64,000 nt of DNA, taken from Octopus sinensis (taxonomy: Eukaryota). Positions within the stretch are counted from its first letter, which is position 1. Every line of letters begins with the position of its first letter. Location of the stretch: contig NC_043022.1 in the NCBI RefSeq assembly GCF_006345805.1, positions 11,594,001-11,658,000 of the forward strand. Reading direction: 5' to 3'. Positions 52,697 through 64,000 of the stretch are shown piece after piece. A program made the translations under genes and the position numbers. The notes below the pieces were generated by a model. It did no database searches, had not been told where the DNA came from, and was given only the letters and a program-made list of their open reading frames with translations.

Positions 52697-53064
52697 TTAG
52701 AAAAAAACCCACCTTTATCTAATAATAATAATAATTTAAATATATATATATATATATATACATACATACACTTTCATTTAATGAAGGTATCCTTGGCCTG
52801 AACAGTAGTCTACGATATACACCTTGCTTAGATATTTACTCCTTTTGTGGTTCCATTTGCCATGAAACATATGTAGCCTGGATCTTATCTACTCCATTCT
52901 GTAACTCTTGTTTTGTTATTTGCACACCCAGCAACCCTGGTTGCCTACTGAGAAATATAAAAAGAACTTTATTCAGGTAATCATACTTCAATACAAAAAA
53001 ATCCACAACCTTCCATCTCAATAAACCACAAGTGGCCCTGAAAGTTTTTTTTATATTTACTTCC

Positions 53065-53430
53065 GTGGCTGTGTGGTAAGTAGCTTGCTAGCCAACCACA
53101 TGGTTCCGGGTTCAGTCCCACTGCGTGGCATCTTGGGCAAGTGTCTTCTGCTATAGCCCCGGGCCGACCAATGCCTTGTGAGTGGATTTGGTAGACGGAA
53201 ACTGAAAGAAGCCTGTCGTATATATGTATATATATGTATGTGTGTGTGTTTGTGTGTCTGTGTTTGTCCCCCTAGCATTGCTTGACAACCGATGCTGGTT
53301 CAGCAAAAGAGACCGATAGAATAAGTACTGGGCTTACAAAGAATAAGTCCCGGAGTCGATTTGCTCGACTGAAAGTGGTGCTCCAGCATAGCCGCAGTCA
53401 AATGACTGAAACAAGTAAAAGAGTAAAGAG
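53065..53430 (+). mobile_element. tRNA-derived SINE with internal deletion
   Basis: Same family as 11320-11687. Confidence 0.85.
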
Positions 53431-53492
53431 TACCGTCCAACCAATGCTAGCATGGAAAACGGACATTAAACAATGATGATGATGATACATAC

Positions 53493-53549
<57 letters not shown>

Positions 53550-54018
53550 CATATATATATATATTCTTTTATTCTTTTACTTGTTTCAGTCATTTGACTG
53601 TGGCCATGCTGGAGCACCACCTTTAGTCAAACAAATTGATCCCAGGACTTATTCTTTCTGAGCCTGTTTCCAAGTAAGGTGATATTTTCCCCATGACCAG
53701 ATGTGTTTTCCAGGGAAGACTGGAAATGGATAACAGTGTCTGTATGAGAGTGACACTCATTGACAACTATTATGTGGTGTCAAAGCAAAGATGCAGTAAC
53801 ATACACTCAAGCACATGTACACACACACAGGGTGTGTGTGTATGACAGGGTTCTTCTAGTTTCCATCAACCATGTCCACTCACAAGACTTTAAGTTTACA
53901 AACACTTACCGAAGATGGCACACGGTGAGACTGAAACTAAACCATGTGCTTGGCAAGCAAACTTCTTACCACACAACCACGCCCGTGCCCGTAATTTATT
54001 ATCATTTTTTTATGATTC

Positions 54019-54058
<40 letters not shown>

Positions 54059-54290
54059 TTATTTTTATTTTTATTATCATTATTATTATTAAGGTGGCGA
54101 GCTGGCAGAATCACTAGCACGCCAAGCAAAATGCTTACTGGTATTTCATCTGTCTTTACATTCTCAGTTCAAATTCTACCAATGTCGAGTTTTGCCTTTC
54201 ATCAGTTCAGAGTTGATAAATTAAGTACAAGTTGTGTACTGAGGACAATTTAATCGACTGGCCCCCTCTCTCAAAATTTCAGTAGAAAGG

Positions 54291-54325
<35 letters not shown>

Positions 54326-55021
54326 TATTATTCAGTAGTCTTATTTTTATAACATGATTTCACTGCATTACCGAGTGCAGCTCTGCATGCCTTGGGTATG
54401 TGCTGTGGTTTGTTGTGATGCTCTTATTATTATTATTATTATTATTACTGAGTGAGCAGTACATGCTATCAAAGTAACACTGGGGTACAAATAGAAAAAG
54501 CCCAGTACACCCATCTGATAAGGGTACATCAGGCACATGCATCACTTCTGTATATGTGTAACATTGTGATCTTATATCAAGATAAACAGTGCACAACCTT
54601 GCAGGTGTGACCCACTTAGAATTTTCTCCAGGTTGATTAGCCCATCCTTCTCAAAAGGTCCCTGAATAAGGGTTGTTTAAGGATGATGAATAAAGCACAC
54701 ATGTTTTCAAGAGTGAATTATTCAAACCCCAAGGAATCCCTCTGGCTATGATGTTCTCCCACAATCCCTGCTCATAATCAGAAGTGCACATATTGTCAAC
54801 CACTAAGGGACATGCTCAACTGATTAAAGTCAAGCGCCTGACAAGGAAATCTGTGGTATTGAGCAGAATATTTGCCATAACCCATCTTTTACACCAAGCC
54901 AAAACATGAACAGAATAACACTTCTTATCAGTTAAGATCAGAAGACATGAGAGCCAGTACCTAATACTACATCAGGGCATATTATTATTATTATTTTTGC
55001 ACCTCTCAATTTTACTTTCAG

Positions 55022-55198
55022 TTTCAACCAGCAATGGTCTGTCCTGCTACAGTTGTGAAGGAACCAAACCATTTTCAAAATGTGAATCCGATATAATGGA
55101 ATACCGATTGGGAATAAATTCAAAGTTTGCAGTAAACTGTTCTCAATATTCACACATGACAAAACCATATTGTGCAATTGAAAGATACATGAAAAATG
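55022..55198 (+). CDS. Ly6/uPAR gene C, exon 2 (177 nt, Cys1-5); canonical exon 3 not found in window
   Basis: ttttactttcag acceptor; (V)STSNGLSCYSCEGTKPFSKCESDIMEYRLGINSKFAVNCSQYSHMTKPYCAIERYMKN(G); donor G|gtaagt; 26 of 60 ungapped identities to gene B exon 2, same length. Confidence 0.9.
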
Positions 55199-55293
55199 GT
55201 AAGTTGAATATATATATCCATTAGATGCAACAACAGTAGTTTTTTAACATTTAATTCTCCTTACTGTCTGACTGACAACAGGTGCCACACTTA

Positions 55294-55746
55294 CTGTATT
55301 TTCCTACGTACAAGTCAAAAGTTTTCTGACCATAATTTACAGCCAAAAGGGGTAGACCAACTTTACACCAAGACGACTTTGGTGGAGCAAACATTCCATG
55401 TGAAATGCTGCAGGATTTGGAAAAACAGTGACAATGTTTGAATGTTCACACCACATGTGTACACAACATACTATGTTGACTTGTATAGCAAAAAACAAGG
55501 TACATCTGCATACATATGTATGCGTGTTGTGTGCTCACACACCACGCGTGTATTATATTTTCTGGTATACAAGTCAAATATTTCAGGCTAAAATTAACAA
55601 TCAAAAATGGCAGGTCAATTTATACATCAAGTTAACTTTGAAGAACTAAGAGTTTTATGTGAAGGGCAGCAGGATTTCGAAAGACAGTGATGAAGCTTGA
55701 ATGTTTCCACTGTATACTACGTTGACATGTATGCTGGAAAATACAG
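55294..55746. mobile_element. Tc2/pogo-like MITE with internal diverged duplication
   Basis: TA-ctgtattttcc...ggaaaatacag-TA TIRs. Confidence 0.6.
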
Positions 55747-57269
55747 TAAGTTGTTCTTTTCTTTAAGGTTTAATAAGAGGAGAAAAGGTACCCCACACCC
55801 TCTCACTAACAATGACTCTTCTAAAGGTCTCCAGGACTGATGTGAGAAAGGGAAGAATTATCCCTGACTTGAAGCCTTGCTCAAATGCTTGCAATGGAGT
55901 GGACCCCACTAAAGGTACTGAAAAGCCAAGTGGTGGTTTTGAACTAGGTGGAGAATTGGGTTTGCCACTCATGCTCCTCAAAGGAATATATATACTGGGT
56001 TAATTATATTGATAACAATTAGCCACAATGCTAATATTATGCCCCTTGGTAAAGCACCTAACTTTGCTTCAGTATGCCTCACTAGTAATACTGTCTGCCA
56101 TTCAACCAACTTCATTAAATAAAGGTACGTGGTAAATTTGATATGTTTAACTGCAATACTAGTATTGTGGATCTTGGTTAAGGCACATAACTCTGCATGC
56201 TTCAGTTGGCCTGGCTGACATGTATTTCCCACTCCTTGCCAGAGTAAAGTCACTAAGTAAATTTTATATAATGACTAGTCACAGTACTAATATTAAGCAA
56301 ACTGGTAAGGAGAAAGAAATCTGTTTCCAGTTGTCTTTGCATCTTTGGTTATGAACTTGAAGGAGACAAGTGTTGTGTGTGTGTGTGCTCATGTATATAC
56401 TTTCTTACCACAAAACCCTTTAAGGTCAAATTTGCCTTTATCCTCTCAAATTAGTTTAAATTTGCAACAGTGAACAAAACTGGGGTCAACTAAATCGACT
56501 GTGCCGTTGGAATAATATGACAAGTTTTGATAGATAGTGTAGAAAAAATAACTGTTTAAACAATAAGTAACTCAAAGAGATACAATATTTATGAAAAACA
56601 ATGGTTATAGACAGACAGGCAAGCATTTTAATGTCTAGTTTTCTATACTTCAATGGGTTTGAAGGAGTTTATCAAGACAGATTTTGTATGGCAAGTGCCC
56701 TTGTCTGATTTAAAGCAGGGCAATATTTTCCCATAACCTAACATGTTTTTGAAGAAGACTGGAAATGAATTTCAGCACCTGACACACCTTCCAACCAGAG
56801 AAATCAGGTCACTGCTCTTTGTTCTTCATTGGTACACATTGATAGTGGAGCAGCCATGCTTACACTGTAAAACCAGAAATAAAAATGGTGCAATCAGGTT
56901 CAAACAATAGTACCACAATAGTACCAGCTATAAGCACACATGTGCAGAAGGCAGTGTGACAATAATAAAGATATTTTATGGCAAAAGTGCATATAATTTT
57001 TTACTTCTGCTCAGAAATATATATATTTCTTGCTTACAAAACTAACTGACCATGATGTATTTCTTCCCCAGTTGTAAAGAAGTTATGTACCCTCAGTCAT
57101 TTGAGTCTGACGAATCACTTACATAGCTTTATAGGTGTGAAACCAATGGTCACTTTCTGACCAGCCATAACAAGCAACTTCCTAAAAACAATATACACTG
57201 CTCTAATGTTTTAGAGTGTGCTTCTTTTGGAGATATATAAACTACTGACGATATATGTATGTATGTATG

Positions 57270-57975
57270 TATGTATGTATTTATGTATGTCCAGCTTTAC
57301 TGAGGCAGGGTCTTGCACAGACATTGCATGTCAGCATCAAAGGAAGACCCTTCCCTTCTGGAAGTGTAACAGCGATGCCCTTCCTGACATCCCTCCTTAC
57401 TTTCTCATGTGCAACTCGAGATTTCTCAAAAGTGGCTGTCCCCTCATGCACAATCCTTCTCCACCTGCTACGATCAATAGCTATGCCTTCCCATGTGTCA
57501 GGAGAGATGCAAGCATCTCTTAAGGAAGCCTTCAGCAAGTCCTTATACCTCTTTTTTGTTTTATGTGGAGGTCGTTCTCCTTTAGCTAACTCTCCATAAA
57601 AGAGTAGTTTTGGCATCCTTGAATCCTTCATTCTGACCAGATGACCACTCAAGAGTCATCTTCGTAGTCATAAAACGAGACAGATGAGTGACAACCTAGC
57701 CACTGGTGGTGGTGTAACACACCATACTAATCATATCTGTTGGGCATGTGGAAGAGAGTGTAATTCAGCAGGAGGACTTAAACGACATGCAAAGGTACAT
57801 GAAGCCCAGTTACAGCTACAGCCAGCTATTACCGGTAAAGTTTTTAGCTGCCAATTTTGTACAAGACATTGTAGATCTTTAGCTGGGCTAAAAAGTTACA
57901 TTCGATCACAGCACCAGTAACAGTTAAGCTTTGTGCAATGGCCATACTCAATAACGAGGGGGCAGCCATAATAAA
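57270..57975. mobile_element. Two RTE-type LINE 3' ends joined 5'-to-5' (57270-57650 minus; 57660-57975 plus)
   Basis: GHLVRMKDSRMPKLLFYGEL...CNVCARPCLSKAG (-); CWACGRECNSAGGLKRH...CQFCTRHCRSLAGLKSY (+). Confidence 0.7.
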
Positions 57976-57998
57976 AAAAATAATAATGTATGTATGTA

Positions 57999-58913
57999 TC
58001 AGATCATTCCATAAATAATACAATTCTGTAATACCTCTTATTTTCCAAAATTAAAATAAAGTTCTTTCTTAATCTAAAATATACTCTCCTCATTTTCTAC
58101 AATGTTCTCCCATCTATTTGGTAGACTTGCAAGGCCCCTCTTCCAAAGTTCACTTGTCCATGACAAAAAATACTCCTCCAGTACTGTTCTGACCTTGTCT
58201 GCCGAATTCATATTTTTTCCATCCAAATGATTTTGAAGATTGTGGAATAAATGATAATCAGATGGGGCAATGTCCAGCAAATATGGTGGGTGAGGCACTG
58301 TTTCCCATTCAAACTGCTCCGGCCTTTGGAATGTCATCCTCACTGTATGTAGCCAAGCATTAGACACGGAAAGTATGGGAGGAACCCAATGACCCAAAAT
58401 GCTGACTTTTATGATGGCACACAAGTGTCAATGAGTGATTGAATGACCAAATCAAAACTTCTCTGCTAGTTTCTCAAGAGTTATGATAGAATTTTGTTCC
58501 ACCAGGATTTGCAGGATATCCCTGTCAAGCTCTACAGATCTTCCAGAACAAGGCTCATCTTCTAGGTTGTAGTTTCCAACTCGAAATTTCTGGAACCACC
58601 TTTGACACTGGCTTACTATTATTGTTCAATCCTCATAGACTGCATTAATATTCCTCACACTTTCTGTTGCATTGTTACCTTTATTGAACTCATAAAGCAA
58701 AATATGCTGAATATGTTCCTTTGTCACTTCCATTATATTTTTGGAAAAATAACTGTTAAAATCAAACTGTACTCTTCAAAACTTGCACTAAGAATAAAGA
58801 CAAGGTAAAATTACTACCTGGTTTTTAGTAAGTGGATGCAAGTAATTTATCCCATCTCCTCTGACTTTTAGTTCCTGCAATTGAAAAACTGCATTACTTA
58901 TGGGATGATCACA
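57999..58913 (-). mobile_element. Mariner transposon, degenerate
   Basis: HPPYLLDIAPSDYHLF motif; degenerate TIRs with TA flanks. Confidence 0.8.
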
Positions 58914-59767
58914 TATATATATTTATCTGTGTGTTGTCTTCCCATCACCATATTGGTGTGTTTCTAGCCCTGTAACTTAGCAGTTCAGCAAAAGAGAATG
59001 ATAGAATAAGTATCTGGCTTAAAAAGTACTGGGGTTAATACATTCAACTAAAAGTTCTTCAAAGCAGTGCCCCAGCATGGCCGCAGTCTAATGACTGAAA
59101 ATAAGTAAAAGATAAAAGATATATACATATAACTAAGACAATGAAGAAGATTTTTACAGTAATCCCTCGCCATATCATGGTTCACCTATCGCGGTTCACC
59201 TATCATGGTTCACCTATCGCACCTATCTAAGCTTACATCAATTCTTCCATGGTGTTGTTTAGCATTTATAATAAAATAAACATATACAAATTATAAAATG
59301 GAAATAATAATAAAAAATACAGTACTGTTTCAACTTCATGGATTTTCACCTATCACAGGGGGTTTTGGAAAGTAACACCTGCGATAGACAAGGGTTTACT
59401 GTACATGATAGCAAGAACTGCTAGAAATAGCAGCCAAATCTCCATCAAATGATACTATAATAATGTATGCATGTACGAGCCAGTAAGAGAGTCCTCTATG
59501 TGGTCACTAGATCTGCTAACAACAGCAGCTAAATCTCCCTCAAATCAGATCATATATCTCGAATAAAGAAACAAAGGATTGCCCCACTGTACAAAATACC
59601 TGAAAGAAAAACAAAAAGATAGCTCCACCTGAAACATCTAAACCCACTCACTCAGTTCTGACCTGGGGCTAAAGAGGTAGGTTCCTGGTTATTGACTAGA
59701 GATCACTCAACACTGTGTTTGGAGCATAAAATCCTGAAATCCGAGGAAATCCTTGAAAGCCCAATGA

Positions 59768-59854
<87 letters not shown>

Positions 59855-59856
<2 letters not shown>

Positions 59857-61115
59857 GCATTGGAAATAAGAAGGTCAGGCTTGTGTAGGATGGAACATTG
59901 CAAAGATAAAGCACTGTACAAGCACTTGAGAATGAATGAAACTGAAAATAGGTGGGTAAAGAAAAGAATGTATGGACAATTTCATAGGGATGTTGAAGAT
60001 AAGATAGGCAGAGAAAAAGATGGCTATGAATGACTAAGTGATTTAAAACCGGAAATGGAGGCTCTAATCTGTACTGCCCAAGAGCAAGCACTAAGAACAA
60101 AGACAACACATCAGAAAGTGATAAGTGCAGAATTTGTGGACAAAATGGCGAAACCATATGGCATATTACCAGTTAATGTATGCCACTAGCCCAGAAAGAA
60201 TATAAGGGACATCATTACATCATAGCAAGGATTGTCCATTGGACATTTTGCAACAAGTATAGACTTGACAGAGCAAAAAGTGGTACAAACATAAACCTGA
60301 AGGCATCATCGGAAGTGATAATGTAAAGATCCTATGGTATTTTATGATTCAGTGCGACCATGAGTGCTGTTTTCTGCAAGTGCTCCACCCTTATTGCAGC
60401 CCCTATTTGTTCCATATACTTCTCAAGATTTTTACTTACTGTTCCTAGAGCTCTGACAATTATTAGTACTATAACCACATTTTTCATCGACCACAGCTGC
60501 TTAACCTCCCAAGCTATCCTGTTATATCTGTCGACTTTTCTTCCTTCCTTATCACATACCTTGTTGTCAGCTGGGTATGCTATATCTATGATCCTGCATT
60601 GTTTGCTTTCTTTCTCAATTAACACTATGTCCAGCTTCCTATTCTAGAGAATAGGAAGCTGGACATAGTGTTAATTGAGAAAGAAAGCAAACAATGCAGG
60701 ATCATAGAATAGGAAGCTGGGCATAGTGTTAATTGAGAAAGAAAGCAAACAATGCAGGATCATAGATATAGCATACCCAGCTGACAACAAGGTATGTGAT
60801 AAGGAAGGAAGAAAAGTCGACAGATATAACAGGATAGCTTGGGAGGTTAAGCAGCTGTGGTCGATGAAAAATGTGGTTATAGTACTAATAATTGTCAGAG
60901 CTCTAGGAACAGTAAGTAAAAATCTTGAGAAGTATATGGAACAAATAGGGGCTGCAATAAGGGTGGAGCACTTGCAGAAAACAGCACTGCTTGAAACCGC
61001 TCAAATGCTCCAGTTGGTGCTCGAAAAATAAGGAGTGTAACCTTAGTTCACTAGTAGTGAACAGCTGGTACCATAGTACATCTCCAGCGATAGAAGCTGT
61101 GCAAAGACAATAAAC
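59855..61115 (+). mobile_element. R4/Dong-like non-LTR element 3' part (restriction-like endonuclease) inserted in (TAA)n, with internal inverted duplication
   Basis: MYGQFHR, AQEQALRTK, DIVLIEK...IIDIAYPAD...KVDRY; (TAA)n on both sides, consistent with known Dong targeting. Confidence 0.75.
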
Positions 61116-61172
<57 letters not shown>

Positions 61173-61418
61173 TCTTTCTACTGGAAACACAAAGCCTCAA
61201 ATTTGGGGGAAGGGATTTAGTCAATTACATTGACCCAGTGTGTAACTGGTACTTATTTAATTGACTCCGAAAGGATGAAAGGCAAAGTTGAGCTCAGCAA
61301 TAGCGGCAGACGAATTACCGCTAAACGTCTCACCCAGCATGCTAATGATTCTGCCAGCTCGCTGCCTTTATAATGATAATAAAAATAATAATAATGATAA
61401 TAATAAAAATAATAATAA

Positions 61419-61449
<31 letters not shown>

Positions 61450-62761
61450 AATAATGATTTATTTATTGACCACAAAGGGTTTACATCAGGAAAAACCATA
61501 TGGACGGCATAGGACAAAACTTTGAATGTGTGTGCATATGTATTGTTGTGAGGGTTTTACATGTAAAGCAGTTTAATGCAAAAGAAAAAGAAAAATCATT
61601 TTAACAATGTGTAATCCTCAACAGGGAGCAGATATTCAAAGGCTACTCATAGACAAACCTTATAAAACCACAGGTTGCCTGGCTTCTGGGGCAGGTGCCT
61701 TTTCTCAGTTCTTTATTTCCAATTTACAGGTATATGCTCAGGGTAGGCCCATTCACTTGCAACATGCTCACCACTCTCATCTATCTTTCAACAAAATGGC
61801 TAGAAAGCAAAACTTTCCTCTCCAACCTTATTTTCCTCTTATAGTTGATGAGGGATTGGCCAAAGAGAAAAGTATTTGTATTCAGCCACTTCAATCTCAC
61901 CCACCATACAATCTCTTTCACTATGGCTACCAGACATATAAAAACTGCCTGTCCCTCCCAGTTAAAAGAAGGTGACACTGAAATCTTTACAATGGATTCA
62001 GTTGATAACAGGATCTGTCCCATATATGATAGCAGGTGATATGACATAAACCCACAGGTCAGCAATGCTCAGGTACAGGACCAGTGCATGCAGGATGGCC
62101 TGGTCACCCTGCATGCATCTCAGGCACTTTTGGCTGATGGCAATTTTGTGCCTGTAGAGTTTATGTCAAACAGGAAAAGCTCCCCAGAAGCCCTGCGAGG
62201 CCAGGGACTTCTGAAAGTTACTGCTAATGCAATACCAGGCAGCGGCTCTCAAGGCTTTTGATCTTAACTGATTGGAAGTGTTATCATGTACATTGTTTTG
62301 TCTTGGTATAAAAGATGGGCTACAGCAAATATACTGCTCAATACCACAGATTTGCTTGTTAGTTGTTTGACCTTAACCAGTTGACCATGTCCCTTAGTGG
62401 ATGACGATATGTGCATCTCTGATCATGAGCAGAAGTAGTAGGGGAGCATCATGGCCACGTGTTGAGAGGAATTCTTTGGGGTTTGAATAATTCACCTTTG
62501 GAAACATGGGTGCTTCATTCATCATCCTTAAACAACCCTTCTTCAGGAATCTTTTGAGTGGGATGGGCTACTAGACCCGAAGAAAATTCTAACTGGGACC
62601 CACCTGCAAGGTCATGCGCTGTTTATTTTGATATGAGATCGCTATGTCACGCACATATGGTTGTGATGCATGTGCTTGGCATACCTTATCAGATGAGTAG
62701 TCAGGATGAGTATACTAGGCTTCATATATTTTACCCAAGTGTCACTTTGATGGCATGCACT

Positions 62762-62832
<71 letters not shown>

Positions 62833-64000
62833 ACGACGACGACAAAAAATTCTAATTTAGAGACCAGATAAGCAATTTGGTAGAGGAGAGTGTTAAGTCA
62901 TTTAAATTGACCCCAGTATTTGACTGGTACTTTTGTTTTATCAACCCCATGTCTATGAAAGGCAAATTTGACCTCAGCTAGGTTTGTGCTCAGATTGTAA
63001 AGAATTGTAGCTAAATAATATATGGAATTTTGTCCAATGATTCTACCACAATAACAACAATAACAATTTAAATTTAAATGAAATTTCAATAAAAATTACT
63101 GAAAGTTAAATTTGAATTTTTAAAACGAATTTAATGAATTTTAACCAAATTTATCTATTTTTATTTTTAGTTATTTTTATTTATTTTGAGTTGATATTTT
63201 TTATTTTATGTTGAATGAAATTTCTCATCCAGTAACCCTTAAGTTTTAGCAACAAAACCTAACAGAAGTAAACTTAGCCAGCAAAATATATTGATTATTA
63301 AATGGAAAGCTTTAGATTTCCAATAGATTGCATTTTCTATGAATCAATTTAATATGGCAAAAGAAAAATGTTTTTTGAATAAATAAATTACTCAAGTAAA
63401 TAACTGTTTTAAACATTTGCAATATGGTTGCCACATATAAGTCATTGAAAAACAAACAAAGACTGCTAACTTCACTTTATCAGCTGCCTGACAAGTACAC
63501 TTCCAAAAACTCAGTTTTAATTTTACTCAGAATTCTTGTTTTCCATAATGGATGTTTTTAATAAGTTGTGAATATAAAATTTAACCTTTGCTCAATAACT
63601 GACGACTGAGTCATGAAGAATCCTAGTCTTTTTTTTGCATTTTGGAATTTTATTTTTCCTTTTTGAGAATTCTAGGACATTGTAGGGTAGGTGTGAAAGG
63701 CTAGATTTGGCTGGTTTGAACATAAAACAGAGTATTTGGGCCTGATATGGCTCGTCTCGTTTAAATCCTGAAGGGTTAATTAAATGAGAAATACATTCTA
63801 CATAACTAAATTAGCAACAAATAAGTGAGTGAAGTCTAAATAATTTCCTTGTACCTTTTTAAATTTAACATAATAACTTAATAATTACAAAACAATTTTT
63901 AATTTATTAATTAACTGGACATTAAAAACACCAATTTAAGAGATTAAAAACAGTAATGAGGGCCCACTAACCAGTCAAACTGGCAAGTGATAGATATGTG

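Noticed and set aside
61607-62065. ORFs as gene C exon 3 or another gene
   Set aside because: The acceptor at about 61729 hits a stop in phase 1; no LU cysteine pattern or recognisable domain

Overview
Eukaryotic, AT-rich, microsatellite- and transposon-dense DNA; the repeat families (RTE LINEs, tRNA-derived SINEs, mariner, Penelope tails, Helitron MITEs) resemble an Octopus genome (inference). The host genes are a tandem array of three + strand, phase-1-intron genes encoding small Ly6/uPAR (three-finger, quiver/sleepless-like) proteins. Gene A lacks exon 1 in the window (5152-7615), gene B is complete (15971-22729, 165 aa), and gene C lacks exon 3 (39504-55198). A and B end in GPI-anchor-like tails. 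The ORF track shows only separate exon fragments and misses both signal-peptide exons. Between B and C lies a 4.25 kb Ty3/Gypsy LTR element (27919-32169, minus strand, 5-bp TSD, -1 frameshift signal). Its primer-binding site is complementary to the first 12 nt (5' end) of tRNA-Phe rather than to a tRNA 3' CCA end. Several minimal type I hammerhead-ribozyme motifs sit in Penelope-like ends, one inside a perfect palindrome. Young template-switch rearrangements place inverted repeats around or within introns of the Ly6 genes. Most other listed ORFs are microsatellite or transposon artefacts.
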